A DNA stretch of 64,000 bases, from NCBI GenBank assembly GCA_965202585.1, contig OZ241830.1, forward strand, positions 6,944,001 through 7,008,000. The letters run 5' to 3'. The stretch is from Thalia democratica (taxonomy: Eukaryota). The notes beneath the pieces were generated by a model that was not told the DNA's origin, did not search any database, and saw only the letters and a program-made list of their open reading frames with translations. Made by a program: the position numbers and the translations under genes. Shown in pieces: positions 36,721 to 50,338 of the stretch. Every line of letters starts with the position of its first letter. The first letter of the stretch is position 1.

Positions 36721-39473
36721 GGTACCATTGTCAATTTGATCCTTTTATCATTACTGCATTTTTTAAACACTAATACCTAAATGCAAAAATATTAGAATAA
36801 GATGTTTTATGTTATTTTGTTGAAATTCTTGAAAACTTTTAATCACCTGTCACAAGCTTTTTTTTATTATGATTCAAATATTTTTCAGATTACTTTAATT
36901 GTCTATACAGCAATTAAAATAAATAAAAGCATTTTTTACTTTAAATAAAAAACAATTGACTTGGTAGTTACGGTCGGGTAAAAACGCAAATAAAATTGAG
37001 CATTTTTTAATATATCAAACAAATTTATTAAAAAATATTATTCAAACAGTCACGGCTGGGAAAAAAAGTCAAGCAGACCTAATCATTTATGTTACGTATT
37101 TTATGTTAAAGAATTTCTCTTAATTCTGTTAAGTTTAATGAACATCAAAAGTAAAACTTTCAAAAATTGCATACTTTTTTTTTTCAAAAAATAAATCACA
37201 AATGTAAGAACTTTATATATATCGCGAATAAAAAACCTACATATAGGACTTAAAATAATATTTCCAATGTTAGAATAAAACTATAAGTCAATATTTTACA
37301 AGTTTAATTGTAAATAAAGTGTTTGTAACAAAGTTGTTGTCATAACGTGTAATGTTCTTAAAATTCTAAAAACACAACAAGAGCTTTTACTTAATTGCTA
37401 ATATCATCTAAATTTTGTTAGTTTAAGGCAGGAATAAGTTATCCTAGAAAGAGCTGTTGATCTCCGCTAATTGTGTTAAGAAAAACTGCATTGGTGAGAA
37501 TTAAAACAATCAGTAGATGTTCACTACTCTGTTACAAAATGAGACAATAATGCAATAAAAAAATTGTAATTTGCAAGTATTATAATAAGAGCCTTACAAT
37601 AGCTTTTACCAAAATTTTGTTTTAGTTATGTTTTTAGCTGAATGGTTTAATGTGGGCCGCAAACTTTTGTTTTCAGTGTAGAGCAGGGTTTCCCAAACTC
37701 ATTTTCTAAATCGCCCCCTTTTTAGAAATTTAAAAAATAATCGCCCCCCACGATTTTACAAAGTAGTTTTTCTATTGAGTACAAATTTTTGAGCCGAAAA
37801 AATTGTGTTCGAAATGTAATTTAGTCTGGTACTTCTTATGCACGCCTTTTTGGGCTGTGTTCAAAGTAGTTTATAGGGCTTGAGAAAATAAATTACATTT
37901 GTTTTCTTATAAGCCCAATAAAGTGTATTAAAATACTTAATTATAAAAAAGCCTTGTGTATTCTGTAATTAATCTTGTTTAAATATGTAATGTTTTAAAA
38001 CTAATGAAACTTTTAGGATAGTATTGGACAACTTTCGTAGTCAGCAATTCATATTTACTATAAAATCTTTTCTAGTTTTAAATTGTTAAAAAATGTAATT
38101 GCGAGCTGCATAATTTAAAAAAAAATAACGTATATGAAAATTAAAAAACTCGAGCAGAATTGTAATAAAATTATTTAGTATTATTGTGATCTAGGAAATA
38201 CTATTGTGAACTGGAAACCAAATTGAAAGTGTATTTCAAAATACTAAGTATCAAAAAACTAAATTTTGTTTATTTTGCACAAGTAGTTTTCAAGTTATTT
38301 AGTGGGTCGAAATTTGACTGAATCTTAACCGTACGTTACCTATCTGAAATCTTAACTTAAACTTGACATTATAATAATCTCTCATATTTGGACAATTAGA
38401 AGTTAATACTAAGTAACTTATTTAAGCCGCACAATATACTTAAATTATTTTATAAATAGGTATATTCTAAAATTACTATACCAGAGATCAAAAAACTATA
38501 AGTGAATGAACAGTTTATTTTACATATGATAAAATAAATATTAAAATATAATTTCTAATCTAGTTTGAGGAAGTTTGACCGACTGGTTGATTATCTCACA
38601 TGAAAAGTAATTTCATCAACTTTTTCAGTTAATGCAGTAAAATTATTAATTTCAATGCTAAGATATAATTATAAGTAAGTTAGTTGTAAAATTAAAAACT
38701 TAATTTAAAAGTTTTTAAACTATATGTTTTGTAGTAGAATACCATTAAACAGTATTTGACTTGGAATAACCTTTAGGAAACTAAACCTTAATTTTAACAA
38801 TTTTTTTTTTTTAACTTAAATTCAAAAAAAAATCAAAAGTTTTACAGTTAATTCTGTGAACAGAAAGTAATTGATTAAAAAAATCTTTTAATTAGGTTAA
38901 CATTTTTTTGTAACAGTAGCATTTTTTTTGATGGCTTATTTAATACTGTTTAAATTTATTTTTTCTCTAGTTATTAGCCAATAATAATTTACCAGAAGAA
39001 AATAGTGAAAAACTAAAAGCTAGTTTAGAACTATTAAAATAAACAACACAATCTAATTGCTAATATATTAAAAATTAAGATAAAACAAAAAACAGTTGTA
39101 TTAATAGTTTAAAATTCCTTAATATATAGATTTTTCAACAAAAATAAATCAAGTAAGAAAACAAAATTGAGTTTAAGAATCTTTTAAATGAAAAATTTGA
39201 AGTCATTTCAAACAGAGACCTCAAATCTATACTCTTTTAAAACCAAAAAATAAAATTATGAAATAAAAACTTTAATAGTTATCATTTTTTTTATTTATAC
39301 AGACTAAACAAGTAATAAAAAAATATGTCAAATAAATTTATTTAAAACAAATACTTTAATCACTATGCTATAAAAATTTTAGTGTAATGTTTAACGACAA
39401 ATATAAACTAAAAAGTTATACAGGTCAAAATAAAACTATTAACAGATTTAAAACATAAACCATTTAATAAATA

Positions 39474-39773
39474 CAGTAGACTTCCGCTTGAGTTCACACT
39501 TTGAACAAAATCAAAAAGTGCAAACTAAAAAATTACTACCATTTTTTTTACAAAATGATAATTTTAAATATGTTATATGCAATAATGTTATGCATAAACA
39601 TGAAATCAACTAAAACATAAAACAAACATTCATTAAAAAACAGATCTATATAAGCTATTAAATATTAGGTATTTTTTGTTTTATGTAATAGACTATATTT
39701 AAGTTAAATTTTAGAAAATATAAATTTGCACTTTTTTTGGGTAAAAAGTGCGAACTCAAAAGGAACTCTACCG
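39474..39773. mobile_element. Tc1/mariner(pogo)-like MITE nested in the hAT element
   Basis: Imperfect TIRs CAGTAGACTTCCGCTTGAGTTCACACTTT / AAAGTGCGAACTCAAAAGGAACTCTACCG, with TA on both sides. Confidence 0.75.
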
Positions 39774-39954
39774 TAATTAATATTTATAAGGCATTATGCA
39801 AACCTGTTGTAAAATAAATAACTTAAAAAAATTTTTATTATAAATAGACTACTTAAATACAATACAAACCAAGTTAAATAAGAAGTGTTTTAAAAGATCG
39901 AATAAAACAAAATAAACTTTCCAAAAATAATGTCTGCTACTGAAGTCTAACATA

Positions 39955-40315
39955 ATGTGAAGGATGAGTTTTAAGACTGCTTGCAAGTTTTTTTAATCTG
40001 ATTCTTAATCCGTAAAATAAAGTCTCCTTTACAAATATCTAGATTAGATCTTTTGCTCAAGATGTTGATAACTGAACTGAAAGCTTTCTCAACAACATAG
40101 CTAGAAGGAAAAACTATAAACAGCAATGTAAATTCCTCTCAAATGATTGGATACTTTTGCCTTAATTTTTGTTGAGTCCAAAAGCTTTTATATCGTTATT
40201 TGGAAAAATTTACTTTAAGTTCAAGGTCAATTTGTAAGTCTGAGAAGGTTTCCTGTAAGTCGTTTACTTTAAAAAGATCTGCCTCGAAGAGATCTATATT
40301 TTTATCTATATGATA
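39955..40315 (-). pseudogene. hAT transposase C-terminal (dimerization domain) remnant
   Basis: Translates FWTQQKLRQKYPII*EEFTLLFIVFPSSYVVEKAFSSVINILSKRSNLDICKGD...KKLASSLKTHPSH, the typical Buster/Charlie-family C-terminus, with a stop and a frameshift. Confidence 0.85.
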
Positions 40316-43015
40316 GCTTTTTTGTGTCAAATCGAAATTTTACTTCTTAATATGTTAAAATTGTTAAAGATTCCAGATTTTTTAGGTTTTTTTTTTGCCT
40401 AAACTGTCAAATTCCAGGTTTTTCCAGGTTTCTAGGTAAATAAGCAACCCTGTATAGTTTTATTTCTTAGTCTAACTTAGTGACTTTTCAAAAAGCATTT
40501 GGAAATAAAAGTATACAGGGTTGCCAGTTTACCTAGAAATTTAATAATATATAACATAGATTTTTACAAACACTTTATGATCCCAAATAGCATTTTGTCA
40601 GGTTATAAAATGGTGAGAGGGATTCCGATCGTCTATGATCTATGTAAATGTTAAATAAAAAAAACATATAAACGAAAATATGTAATTTACTTAAAAGTAG
40701 GAGTTATAAGTACCTGATTTTTTTCTCTTTATTTTACATAAACAAAATAAACTTTTTTATGTTTAAGTTTTACCTCAGGGTCAAATATTTAATAGCAAGC
40801 TAAAATTAGTAAAATAGCAATATAAAAAGTAAAAATTTTATGACAGCCCAAAACTTTAAAATCGCCCCCTTTTCGCCCCCTCACTAGTTATCGCCCGACC
40901 TTTCGCCCCCTTACTAATTATCGCCCCCCGACTTACTAAAATCGCCCCCAGGGGGGCGATATCGCCCACTTTGGGAAACCCTGGTGTAGAGGCTTCACGT
41001 TACCGACCTTTAGTTTAAGGAATTTAAAAGCTTTTTTTAAACTTAAAAATAATAATTTTTAAGTATTGTATTTTATAATGTTTCTTCACTTTCTTACGAA
41101 AATTTAAAGTTAACAAATTAAATGTAAAAATCCTGCGCGGTAAAACTTACAAATAAGTAATATTATAAAAAGGTATAACAGAAATCATAAAACTTTAGAC
41201 ATATATGTATTAGACATTTATCTAAATTTATAATGCGTATTATTAATAACAACTATAGAAAATACTCTGTTTTTGAACAAAAACAATTGTGCTATCCCAC
41301 TGAAAAAAGTCTAGACACGCCATGGTACAAACATATTAATTTCGGAAATTTTCTTAGTTCAAATTTTTCGTACTACATCTATACAAAATAACCGCTCATA
41401 GTTGATTTAAGAAACGGTTTTTGATTCTTTTAAAATATAAGATTTTTACTGCTAAATCGTTTACCTTTTTCGCTACTTTATTTGAGCAGCGTTCAAAATT
41501 GTAATGGTAAAAACTAGTATTTTTATAGAAAGTTTTAGTTTTTTAACTACTATGTCTTGTTTTTTAGTAAGTAGATCAATAAAACGATTTTATATTAAAT
41601 ACACTTTACAAAAACTTCAAAAGTGATAAGTCCTTTACTAATTAGATCTTAAAAAACACAGCTTTTTTTTAGTGTAGAAAAGGATACTTTTTTAAATAGT
41701 ATTTGTTGTACTTATAAACGTATCCAAATTTAATTTTGTTAGACCAGTCTTCTTATTAGTTATTCATTAAAAATTCATTACTATTACATTTAAATAAAAT
41801 GCTTGAATAAAACTTCAATGAAACATTCTCTAAAATATTTTGTTGGTATGACTGTAAAGAATGAAATTGTGATAACAGTTAAAAAAAATTAAATACAGAT
41901 AGAAAAAAAAGTCTTTTTCTAAGAATTAGTTCTATAAATATATTTTTAAGAAATACTATTCAGCACAATTTCACATAAAACTTCAGTTATGTTGTAGTGT
42001 TAAAATTTTATAGTGTTTTTGACGAACTAGCTTTTACACAATGAGCTTACTAAATTAATTTTTTTTTATAGTTGATTAAATTTTCACAATAGTTTAAGCA
42101 CTACAGTTGTAAACTCATCAAAAATAAGTTAAATTATTATTGTTGGCCTCCATATTATTGCGAAATTTGTTTTTAACTCACAGTAGAATTTTTAGTAAAA
42201 TACAAAATGAAGCTTTATTTTTACAACTTCGGCAACCATAATAATAATTTTTAAGATAATCTTCACTACTACACAATTGTTTATATCAAGCCAAACTAAG
42301 TATTTCTACATTTAACTAAAAAGATATGTAGTTTATATCTTTAATTTAGATATCAGTTTTAAATCTTAAAAAAGTATCAAAAAAGTCTTTAAACAAGTAA
42401 AATACCATTTTTGCTTAGCAAATGCTAACCATTAACATTTAATCTAAAGCGTAATACATTTTTTGCTTAAAAGTTAATTAATAAACATATAATTAAATAA
42501 TTTATAAAATTAAAGTAATAGAACTTTTAATCTCTGGTAAAACATGCCAAAAATTCATAGTTTTTTTTATTTTCTTTTGAGTCTGTCGAACTAAATAAGA
42601 TTATATATCACAATGTAATAAATAAACGTTTCATAAATATTTTAATATTTAATGTTTAATACTTTATAAAAACAACTTAAGCATAAAAATTCTTTTTAGA
42701 TGTATGTAAATGGAAAAAAATCTAAAACGCAGTTAAAAAATGCTATTAATTTTACTTTAGTTGTTTTATTTTAATTTTTTTTGTTTTATGTTAGATGTTA
42801 CAATATAATATCATTTTCGAATTTAAATCAATATCCACAATTTCAATAGAAAACTAAGTATTTAAACTACGAAAAAAAAAGTCAGTACCAAACAGCAACA
42901 TATTTTTATAAACTTTGAAAACTAAAACAAGTTTAAATTAAATAAAGTTATCAAACAACGTAATAGTCATTGTACATTTAATAAAATTACTAGGTAACAT
43001 GGAAATTTTAAACTG

Positions 43016-43187
43016 TTAAATAACAGAAAGCTTTGCAAGACATACTAAACCTCCTTCGAATTGCTTAAAACGATTACTTTTGACACCAATCTATAATAAA
43101 AACACCCTCTCCACCAATGACAAACAGCTTGTTGCCCATACAAACAGCTCCATGTAGAAATATTTTGTTGATCATGCGAGGCAGAAA
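43016..43187 (-). pseudogene. K7: internally deleted CA-type Kelch remnant
   Basis: About 43107-43187 matches the LPRMIN..LHGAVCMGNKLFVIGGE segment and 43016-43080 the KSNRFKQFEGGLVCLAKLSVI-stop segment. The intervening blade-6 part is missing, and the CA 3' flank follows in inverted orientation. Confidence 0.85.
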
Positions 43188-45223
43188 TTTTTGTTAAATT
43201 TTTTTAGATTTTGTCTCATATGTAAAACTAATGCGATCTTTCCTAAATGACTAGGATGTTAACAACTATCTGTAACTTTTTAACTTGTAAAAGCATAGTT
43301 TAATCTAAAATAATGATTAAACGTCTCAACTACTGTAGAGTTAGTTTAAGTCAAATTAGTTGTGACTACTTGCTAAAATAAAACTGACACAAAACTTTTA
43401 TAAAAGTATTTATTACAAATACCTTCACAAACTTGATTTACATGAAGTAAAATATATTATTTTTTAAATAATATAATATTATAAAACATCCAGTATTTTT
43501 CAAGCTACTAAAATTATTTGTTACATTTAGTTTGTAGAAATCAGCACATACAACTTCAATTTTAAGAATAGAATGTTTTAAATTTGTTGTAGCTCAATTA
43601 CGGAAAGGGGTCCTGTGACCGAAATATTTATGCTTACTTATTTTTACTTGAAGATTTTATAACTCATACTAAAGGATATTTATCTAAGTTTAGACTCTAA
43701 AAGTTTAAGAATGGTTGATTGAAAACTGGTGAAGAACTTATATTTTTACTGAAATAGTATTTTTTAAATTTTGAATTTATACTTTACACAAGGAAACAAT
43801 TTAACTAACTAACTTCTTAGCTTTAGATCTCAAAAACTATGCTAGATTTTTGAAACGGTAAAAGAAACTGCTAGAGCTAGGTTAAAGTTCTTTAAAATAA
43901 GATGGGCATGTAAAATAGTTTAACAAATAAGTATAAAACATACAGCAAAGTTTCATAAAGAATCAAAAATTAAAGTTTTGTAAATTTTCTTTTTTGCATT
44001 AGCTGTTTTTCAACCAAAATCAACATCGCAAGTTTTTTTTTTATTTCATCAATTGGTTGGCTGCATTTGTCGATGGTAAAAGCAGCAGTAATACTTATTT
44101 TCTTCAGCAATTCTTAAAATTTCTAAAACTGAGATAATATTAATTCTATTCTAATAAATTATAGAAACTGTTAATTTTTACAAATAAAAACAATACATTT
44201 GTAAGTTTGACATTTTTTCTTATTTTTTTTAATGTTTCAACAGAAACTAATAAATTTTTACTTAATATTTAGAAATCTTTATGTTATAGTTAAAGTTAAA
44301 AACTCTACTAAATAAATAAAGTAGTTTTTTTTCTAACCGGTTTAGTAATAATGAAATAAAGTATGTACTAGTAGATTATATGGTTTTTATCTAGAACTAA
44401 TTTTATTTTTTGAGCTTAATAAAGTTTTTTTATTACCGGCCGGTTTAACATTCTCTCATATTGTTTGTAGTTTGCATTGCATCATGATAACTTTTATAAA
44501 TTACGCCTTTTAAACAGCTATGATCTTTTATTTACACAAACCAGTTTATTGTTGGTCAATGAATAGTTTTGATCATGTTTAAGCAATTAGATTTGATTTT
44601 TAGTTTACGATGTTATAGTTTTATTAAGCTTTATTTTCTCTTATTTATTATTAAATAACATAGAGAGATATACATTTATTGCTCTTTATTAAAAACAGAA
44701 AAATAAACTCAGTAACTCAGAAATATTTTTATAAATTATTTGTTTAAAGTTAATAAATCGAATTTACCTGGGAATACAAACGTGATAAAGTTTTGATACG
44801 ATCAAATTACAAAAACTTAAAAAATTGCTTTCTACTTTAATTTTACTTTAATCTTCAAAATTAATAAAATGTTTAATATATTTTTAATGTTTTATTTAAA
44901 TTTAAAAAAAGCTTTGTAATAAATTTTATTTATCCAGTGAAAAAATATCACTGATTTAAAGGTTTCACTTAAAAAAAACTGGCTAAGAATTATTATTTAC
45001 GTTTTGAAGTGTTTATTATAACCGTTCTTGATTATATTGTAAGAAAAGAAATCAGTTTTTCTTCTCATATATATTGCAATCAATAAACATAAGTATGCTA
45101 AAAAAGGTGTAGAGGTTTTACAATTGTTTGTTTATAAATATTTTAGTTAGTAAAATAGACTTAGTCAAAATATATTGTTTAATTAATATATTCTACTCTT
45201 AAATTCATTTATATATGACAATT

Positions 45224-45437
45224 TGGACACGTTCAAAATCCACCCACGTACAAAATCCACCCGATCAAATTCGAGAACCACTTACCGATTGAGTGTAGGG
45301 GTTTGGTTAACAGTGATAGTGAAAAATAAATAAAAATAATGTAATAAAATAATATATATAACATTTTGAAGGATTTTGAACGTGGGTAAACTTTAATCAG
45401 TAGGATTTTGAACGCGGGTGGATTTTAATAGTAAACC
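45224..45437. mobile_element. MITE with 9-bp TSD ATGACAATT (Mutator-like), 214 bp, in the K8 upstream region
   Basis: TSD at 45215-45223 and 45438-45446, imperfect TIRs containing AAAATCCACCCRCGTWCAAAATCC. Paralogous promoters (e.g. about 53588) have a single ATGACAATT. Confidence 0.8.
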
Positions 45438-45968
45438 ATGACAATTAGTTGTACATATTTATATTACAGTTAAAGGACGGGTAAAAATAAGCAAGAGTTA
45501 CCGCTTAAAAAAATGAGTTCAATTAAAAACTTCGTTTACTGTTTAATAACATATAACGCTAAGGCTGTAAAAGGTAGTACATATAATATACAAAACTTAA
45601 AAAGACTATATTAGAATTTTTCTAAATTTTTATCAGAGAAGAATAATTATTGTTGTACTAAACTAGTATAAAGTTTTATAAACTGATTAAGTAATTGCAA
45701 ATCAAGTAAATTAGTCAGTTTTTAAATTAGTTGAGAGTATTCAAATTCAGATTCAACTTTTTTTAAATTTTTTTAAATTTATTCCAAAACTATTTAAATT
45801 TAACTACATTGCATTTATAAAGAGTCAAATATTACTAGTAACATAAAAGTATATAGTTCTACATAAACAAAACAAAAAAGTTTTTGATTAAATTATTCTA
45901 CAAAATCCAATATTTCATAACCACACAAGTTACTGTAAATTCAAATATACCAGAGTTAAAGGTTTAAA

Positions 45969-46910
45969 ATGGCAGTTAGTTTTTCATATGAAACAACACG
46001 AATTTTGTACCAGAACAGATTTTGTGAACAAGAAAACTTTGATGTTATCATTTCTGGAAGCACTAGTATGATAGAACGAGAAATGTTATGGCTAAACTCG
46101 CGTAGCTTTAATAAAATTAAAACAATATACTATTCAAAGACATATTCAGACAGTGACAGAACGATTTGTGAAAGATTTAATGTTTGGACTGTTTGCTAAA
46201 GATTATATGAGAAAGGCGAATCTAAAATACAACCTTCATTTAGGATTTATATTAATAAATCTCACAATTGGTTTAATATAGTAGAAACACCTGAAGTTAG
46301 AAAAATGTTTAGCGCTTGTTCATTTATGAAAAATATTTATGTCTTTGGTGGAATTACTGAATAAGGAGCTATAAAAAGATGTTATAAATATGATACAAAA
46401 AGGAGTAAGTGGATATTTATAGCAAGTATGAAGGAATGTAGGCAATTTGCAGGTTGTACAGTATTCGAAGGTAAAATTGTCTTGACTGGTGGTTACGACG
46501 GTCAAAAAGTTGATAATGATGTAAGTTTGAGCTCAGTAGAGGCATATGATTGTTACGAGAATGAATGGGACTTTCTGCCTCGCATGATCAACAAAAAATG
46601 TCTACATGGAGCAGTTTGTATGGGCAACAAGCTGTTTGTCATTGGTGGAGAGAAAAATTCTACTTGCGAGGTATTTGATAGCAGTTCCATGAAGTTCACT
46701 AGTATCAAGCATTTAAAGCGCGATTGTTATTATTCTGTTTCCGCGGTCAGTGTTGGTGGCGAAATTTTAATTTTTGGTTCAGGGTATATAGCAGGAAAAG
46801 AAAGAGTTCGCACTTATAATGTTGACAAAAATGAATGGTACTGTAAAAGTAATAGTTTTAAGCAATTTGAAAGAGGTTTAGTATGTCTTTCAAAACTTTC
46901 TGTTATTTAA
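45969..46910 (+). pseudogene. K8: Kelch-only gene (N1-CA type) with two in-frame TAA stops
   Basis: Frame is preserved over 942 nt, with TAA at 46197-46199 (Ser/Leu in paralogs) and 46362-46364 (Gln in K5 and K11). The conserved upstream CAG is changed to AAG. Confidence 0.9.
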
Positions 46911-47338
46911 CAGTTTAAAATATCCATGTTACCTGGTAATTTCATTAAATGTACAGTAAGTATTACGTTATTTGATAATGATATTTTATTTAAACTTGTT
47001 TTAGTTTACCAAATTTAAAAAAATATGTTGCTGTTTGGTTCTGACTTTATTTTTGTAGTTTAAATATCAATTTTTTATTGAAATAGTGGATAGTGTTATT
47101 TTGTTTTTTTTTGTCTTTTTACTTTAACAATAAACAAAAATCTCGAGTTTGTTAGCTTATTTAATTGAAATCTTGTTATAACTAATCAAAAAATAGTTAT
47201 TTTTGATATTTTGAGTAGTATAAGTGTTACGGTTAAAAATAGTTTGATTATCGGTGAATTCTACGTTATTTATCTTTAAAATCTAGCAAATTGCAAATGT
47301 GTCTATTAAAAACACATTCATAATATACACAGTATGGT

Positions 47339-47360
47339 TGTATATATATATATATATATA
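47339..47360. repeat. (TA)n microsatellite in the CA-type 3' flank
   Basis: Homologous tracts near 5632-5655 and 63737-63751. Confidence 0.8.
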
Positions 47361-48488
47361 CACTTGTAGTTTTTTTGTGTGACGTAAGCGTACACTGTTT
47401 ATAGTATTTAAAATTTTATGATAGCATTTTGTAACATATTATATAAAACATAAAGAAAAAACTAAATTAAAATAATTAAAGTCAAGTTAATAGCATTTCT
47501 AACTGTTTTTTAGATTTTTTTCATTTACATCTAAAAATAATTTTTATGGTAAGTTGTTTTTATTAAGTAAATAACACAATATATTAAAATATTTTAAAAT
47601 TTTTTTTGTTACACATTGTCTTTTATATCCTTATTTAGTTCGGCAGACTCAAAATGTACTAAATGAAAATAAAAATTACATGTGTTTTTGACATATCTAC
47701 CAGAGATTAAAAGTTCTAATATTTTAATTTAATAAATTAATATATAGAATATATAATATGCGTAAACTACATACAATAAAAAAGTACAATAAAAATAGCT
47801 AATAATTCAAACAGCCTTGATAAAAGCTTTATTAAAGTTTTATAATGGTTTCAAATAAAACAGATGAAGTGTTGCAAAAATTATAATAATTTAGTTAAAT
47901 TTATAGTTAAAAAATTTGCCCTTACTTTTAAGTAAGTATTTAAGATGCTGTACTGATTAAATTAATTTTCTCAATTGTTTTTCTAGGGAAGTTTCAAAAT
48001 TTATGTTTACCTTAAATTAATAAAACACATTTTAATTTTCTTAATCAGTTACAATAAGTTTTAGATGAAGAAGTTTATCTTTACCTATAAGTTGTAAAAA
48101 GTTGTTCTACGTTTTATCTTTAAAATCATACATTGGGTATTAATGGTTAAAAATCCAAAGAACAACTAATTAGTTATAGCTAGTTATACAAAACAACATA
48201 TGAACGTTATGCTATAAGATAAACACACTAACTTTAATAACATTTTAATAAAAACTGTTATAAGTAAACTATTAACAAAGTATAAACATGTACTTGTTCT
48301 TATTTAATTTTTTAAATTAAAAAAAACTGAAAAGAAAAGAAAAGAAATAAAAAGAAAAAGAACACAACAACAATATGCATTTTAAACTAAGTTTGTAAAT
48401 TATAAAAAGTTTAAACGAAAATCAGTACCTTAAAACACATTTTTAACATTTTGTATAAGCTAATAGACAACAAAAGTGTTTTTTACTG

Positions 48489-49415
48489 TTAAATAACAGA
48501 GAGTTTTGAAAGACACTCAGTATATCCAAAATAAAAATAACTAATACCTTCAGATTTCCATTCATTTTTGTCAACATTATAAGTAAAAATTCTTTCTACT
48601 CCTACTTTTTCACCTGAACAAAATGTTAAAATTTTAACACAAATACAGACTGCAGAAACATATTTGAAACAACTTTGATCTAAATGCTTGATACTAGTGA
48701 ACTTCATGGAACTGCTATCAAATACCTCGCAAGTAGCATTTTCCTCTCCACCAATGACAAACAGCTTGTTGCCCATACAAACTGCTCCATGTCGACATCT
48801 TTTGTTTATCATGCGAGGCAGAAAGTCCCATTTATTCTCGTAACAATCATATGCCTCTACTGAGCTCAAACTTATATCATTATCACCGTCGTAACCACCA
48901 GTCAAGACTATTTTACCTTTGAATACTGTACAACCTGCAAATTGCCTATATCTATTCATTTTAGTTATAACTTTCCACTTGCTCCTTTTTGTATCATATT
49001 TATAACAACATTTGAAGAAACAGTTAGTAAATCCACCAAAGACATAAATGTTTTTCATAAATGAACAAGCGCTAAAGTTACCTCTATTATCAGGTGTTTG
49101 AACTACATTAATCCATTGGGCAGTTTTATCAATATAAATCCTGAATGAAGATCGTGTTTCAGATACGCCTATAGCTTCTAATCTTGAGCAAACAGTCCAA
49201 ACATTGGATCTTTCACAAATCGTTATGTCACTGTCCGAATGTGTCTTTGAATTGTATATTGTTTCAGTTTTATCAAAGTTACGCGAGTTTAACCTTAAAC
49301 TTTCTCGTTCTAACACATCAGTGCTTCCAGAAATAATAACATCAAAGTTTTCTTGTTCACAAAATCTATTCTGGTACAAAATTTGTGTTGTTTTAGATGA
49401 AGAACTAACTGCCAT
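48489..49415 (-). CDS. K9: Kelch-only protein, 308 aa (N1-CB chimera)
   Basis: Intact ORF with a K3-like N-terminus and upstream region and a K2-like C-terminus and downstream region. Confidence 0.92.
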   Translation of the reverse strand: MAVSSSSKTTQILYQNRFCEQENFDVIISGSTDVLERESLRLNSRNFDKTETIYNSKTHSDSDITICERSNVWTVCSRLEAIGVSETRSSFRIYIDKTAQWINVVQTPDNRGNFSACSFMKNIYVFGGFTNCFFKCCYKYDTKRSKWKVITKMNRYRQFAGCTVFKGKIVLTGGYDGDNDISLSSVEAYDCYENKWDFLPRMINKRCRHGAVCMGNKLFVIGGEENATCEVFDSSSMKFTSIKHLDQSCFKYVSAVCICVKILTFCSGEKVGVERIFTYNVDKNEWKSEGISYFYFGYTECLSKLSVI

Positions 49416-49884
49416 TTTGAACCTGCAACTTTGGTAATTTGAATTTACAGTAACTTGTGTGGTTACGAAATATACGATTTTGTAGAACTATTCAATCAAA
49501 AACTTTAACTAATTATTTATAAGAATTGTATACTTTTATGTTACTAGTTATATTTGATTTTTTATAGATAAAATACTTAGGTGCAAATAGGTTTGGCAAT
49601 ATGAGTTTTAAAAATTGAATCTTAATTTGAACACACTCATCAGATTTTTAAACTGACTAATTTACTTGTAATGTTGTTGATGTTTTGCAATTGCTTAATT
49701 AATTTTTAAAATCTTAAACTAGTTTTGTTAAAAATACTAATTATATTTTTAATTAAATTTTGAAAACTTTTAATATAAGTTTTTAAGTATTGTCTATTAT
49801 ATGTTAATATGTTTTACGCCGTTTTATAGTCTTAGCATTGTTTATTATCAAGCAGTAGTTTAATTCATTGTTTTGAACGTTTCA

Positions 49885-50132
49885 CTTTTTTTCACATGGC
49901 CCCTTTTAAAGAAGTTAAAAAGCCATGGCCCCCTTCAAAAAGATAACTCATAAACTATCATAAAAAACACCTAACACTTTTTTTTTGCTCTTCATCTGCA
50001 TTTCAAAAATATCTAGTGTAAATTTCAAGTTATGACCTCATGGCCCCACTTTTACCCCTTTGCTGCTCGTAGCCCCCTAAGTATCTGTCATGGCCCCCAA
50101 GGGGGCCACTTGGCCCACTTTGGAAAACCCTG
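49885..50132 (-). mobile_element. Truncated hAT-type MITE, inverted duplicate of 11984-12232
   Basis: Ends TTTGGAAAACCCTG and has the same truncation junction with the Kelch upstream region. Confidence 0.8.
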
Positions 50133-50338
50133 CTTTATATAGATAAAATTTGAACTAATTATAGTTAATTTTTTTTTGTTAAAGTTAGAAAATTCTTATT
50201 TATTAACTAAAGAGTAGGTAAGATGTTTGTACCAAGGGCTTGTTAGAATTTTTTTAGTGTAATAGCTCAATTGTTTTTGTTCAAAAATAGAGTATTTTCT
50301 GTAGTTGCTTTTAATAACAACATTAGAAATTTATATAT

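Larger units (their letters stand above)
37684..40983 (-). mobile_element. hAT (Buster/Charlie-like) DNA transposon, internally deleted, 3300 bp
   Basis: TIRs CAGGGTTTCCCAAA / TTTGGGAAACCCTG, perfect 8-bp TSD GTGTAGAG (37676-37683, 40984-40991) with central TA, TCGCCCCC subterminal repeats at both ends, and a transposase remnant inside. Confidence 0.92.

Noticed and set aside
46197-46364. In-frame TAA codons suggesting stop-codon reassignment
   Set aside because: All intact paralogs terminate with TAA, and the two internal TAAs replace different amino acids (Ser/Leu and Gln).
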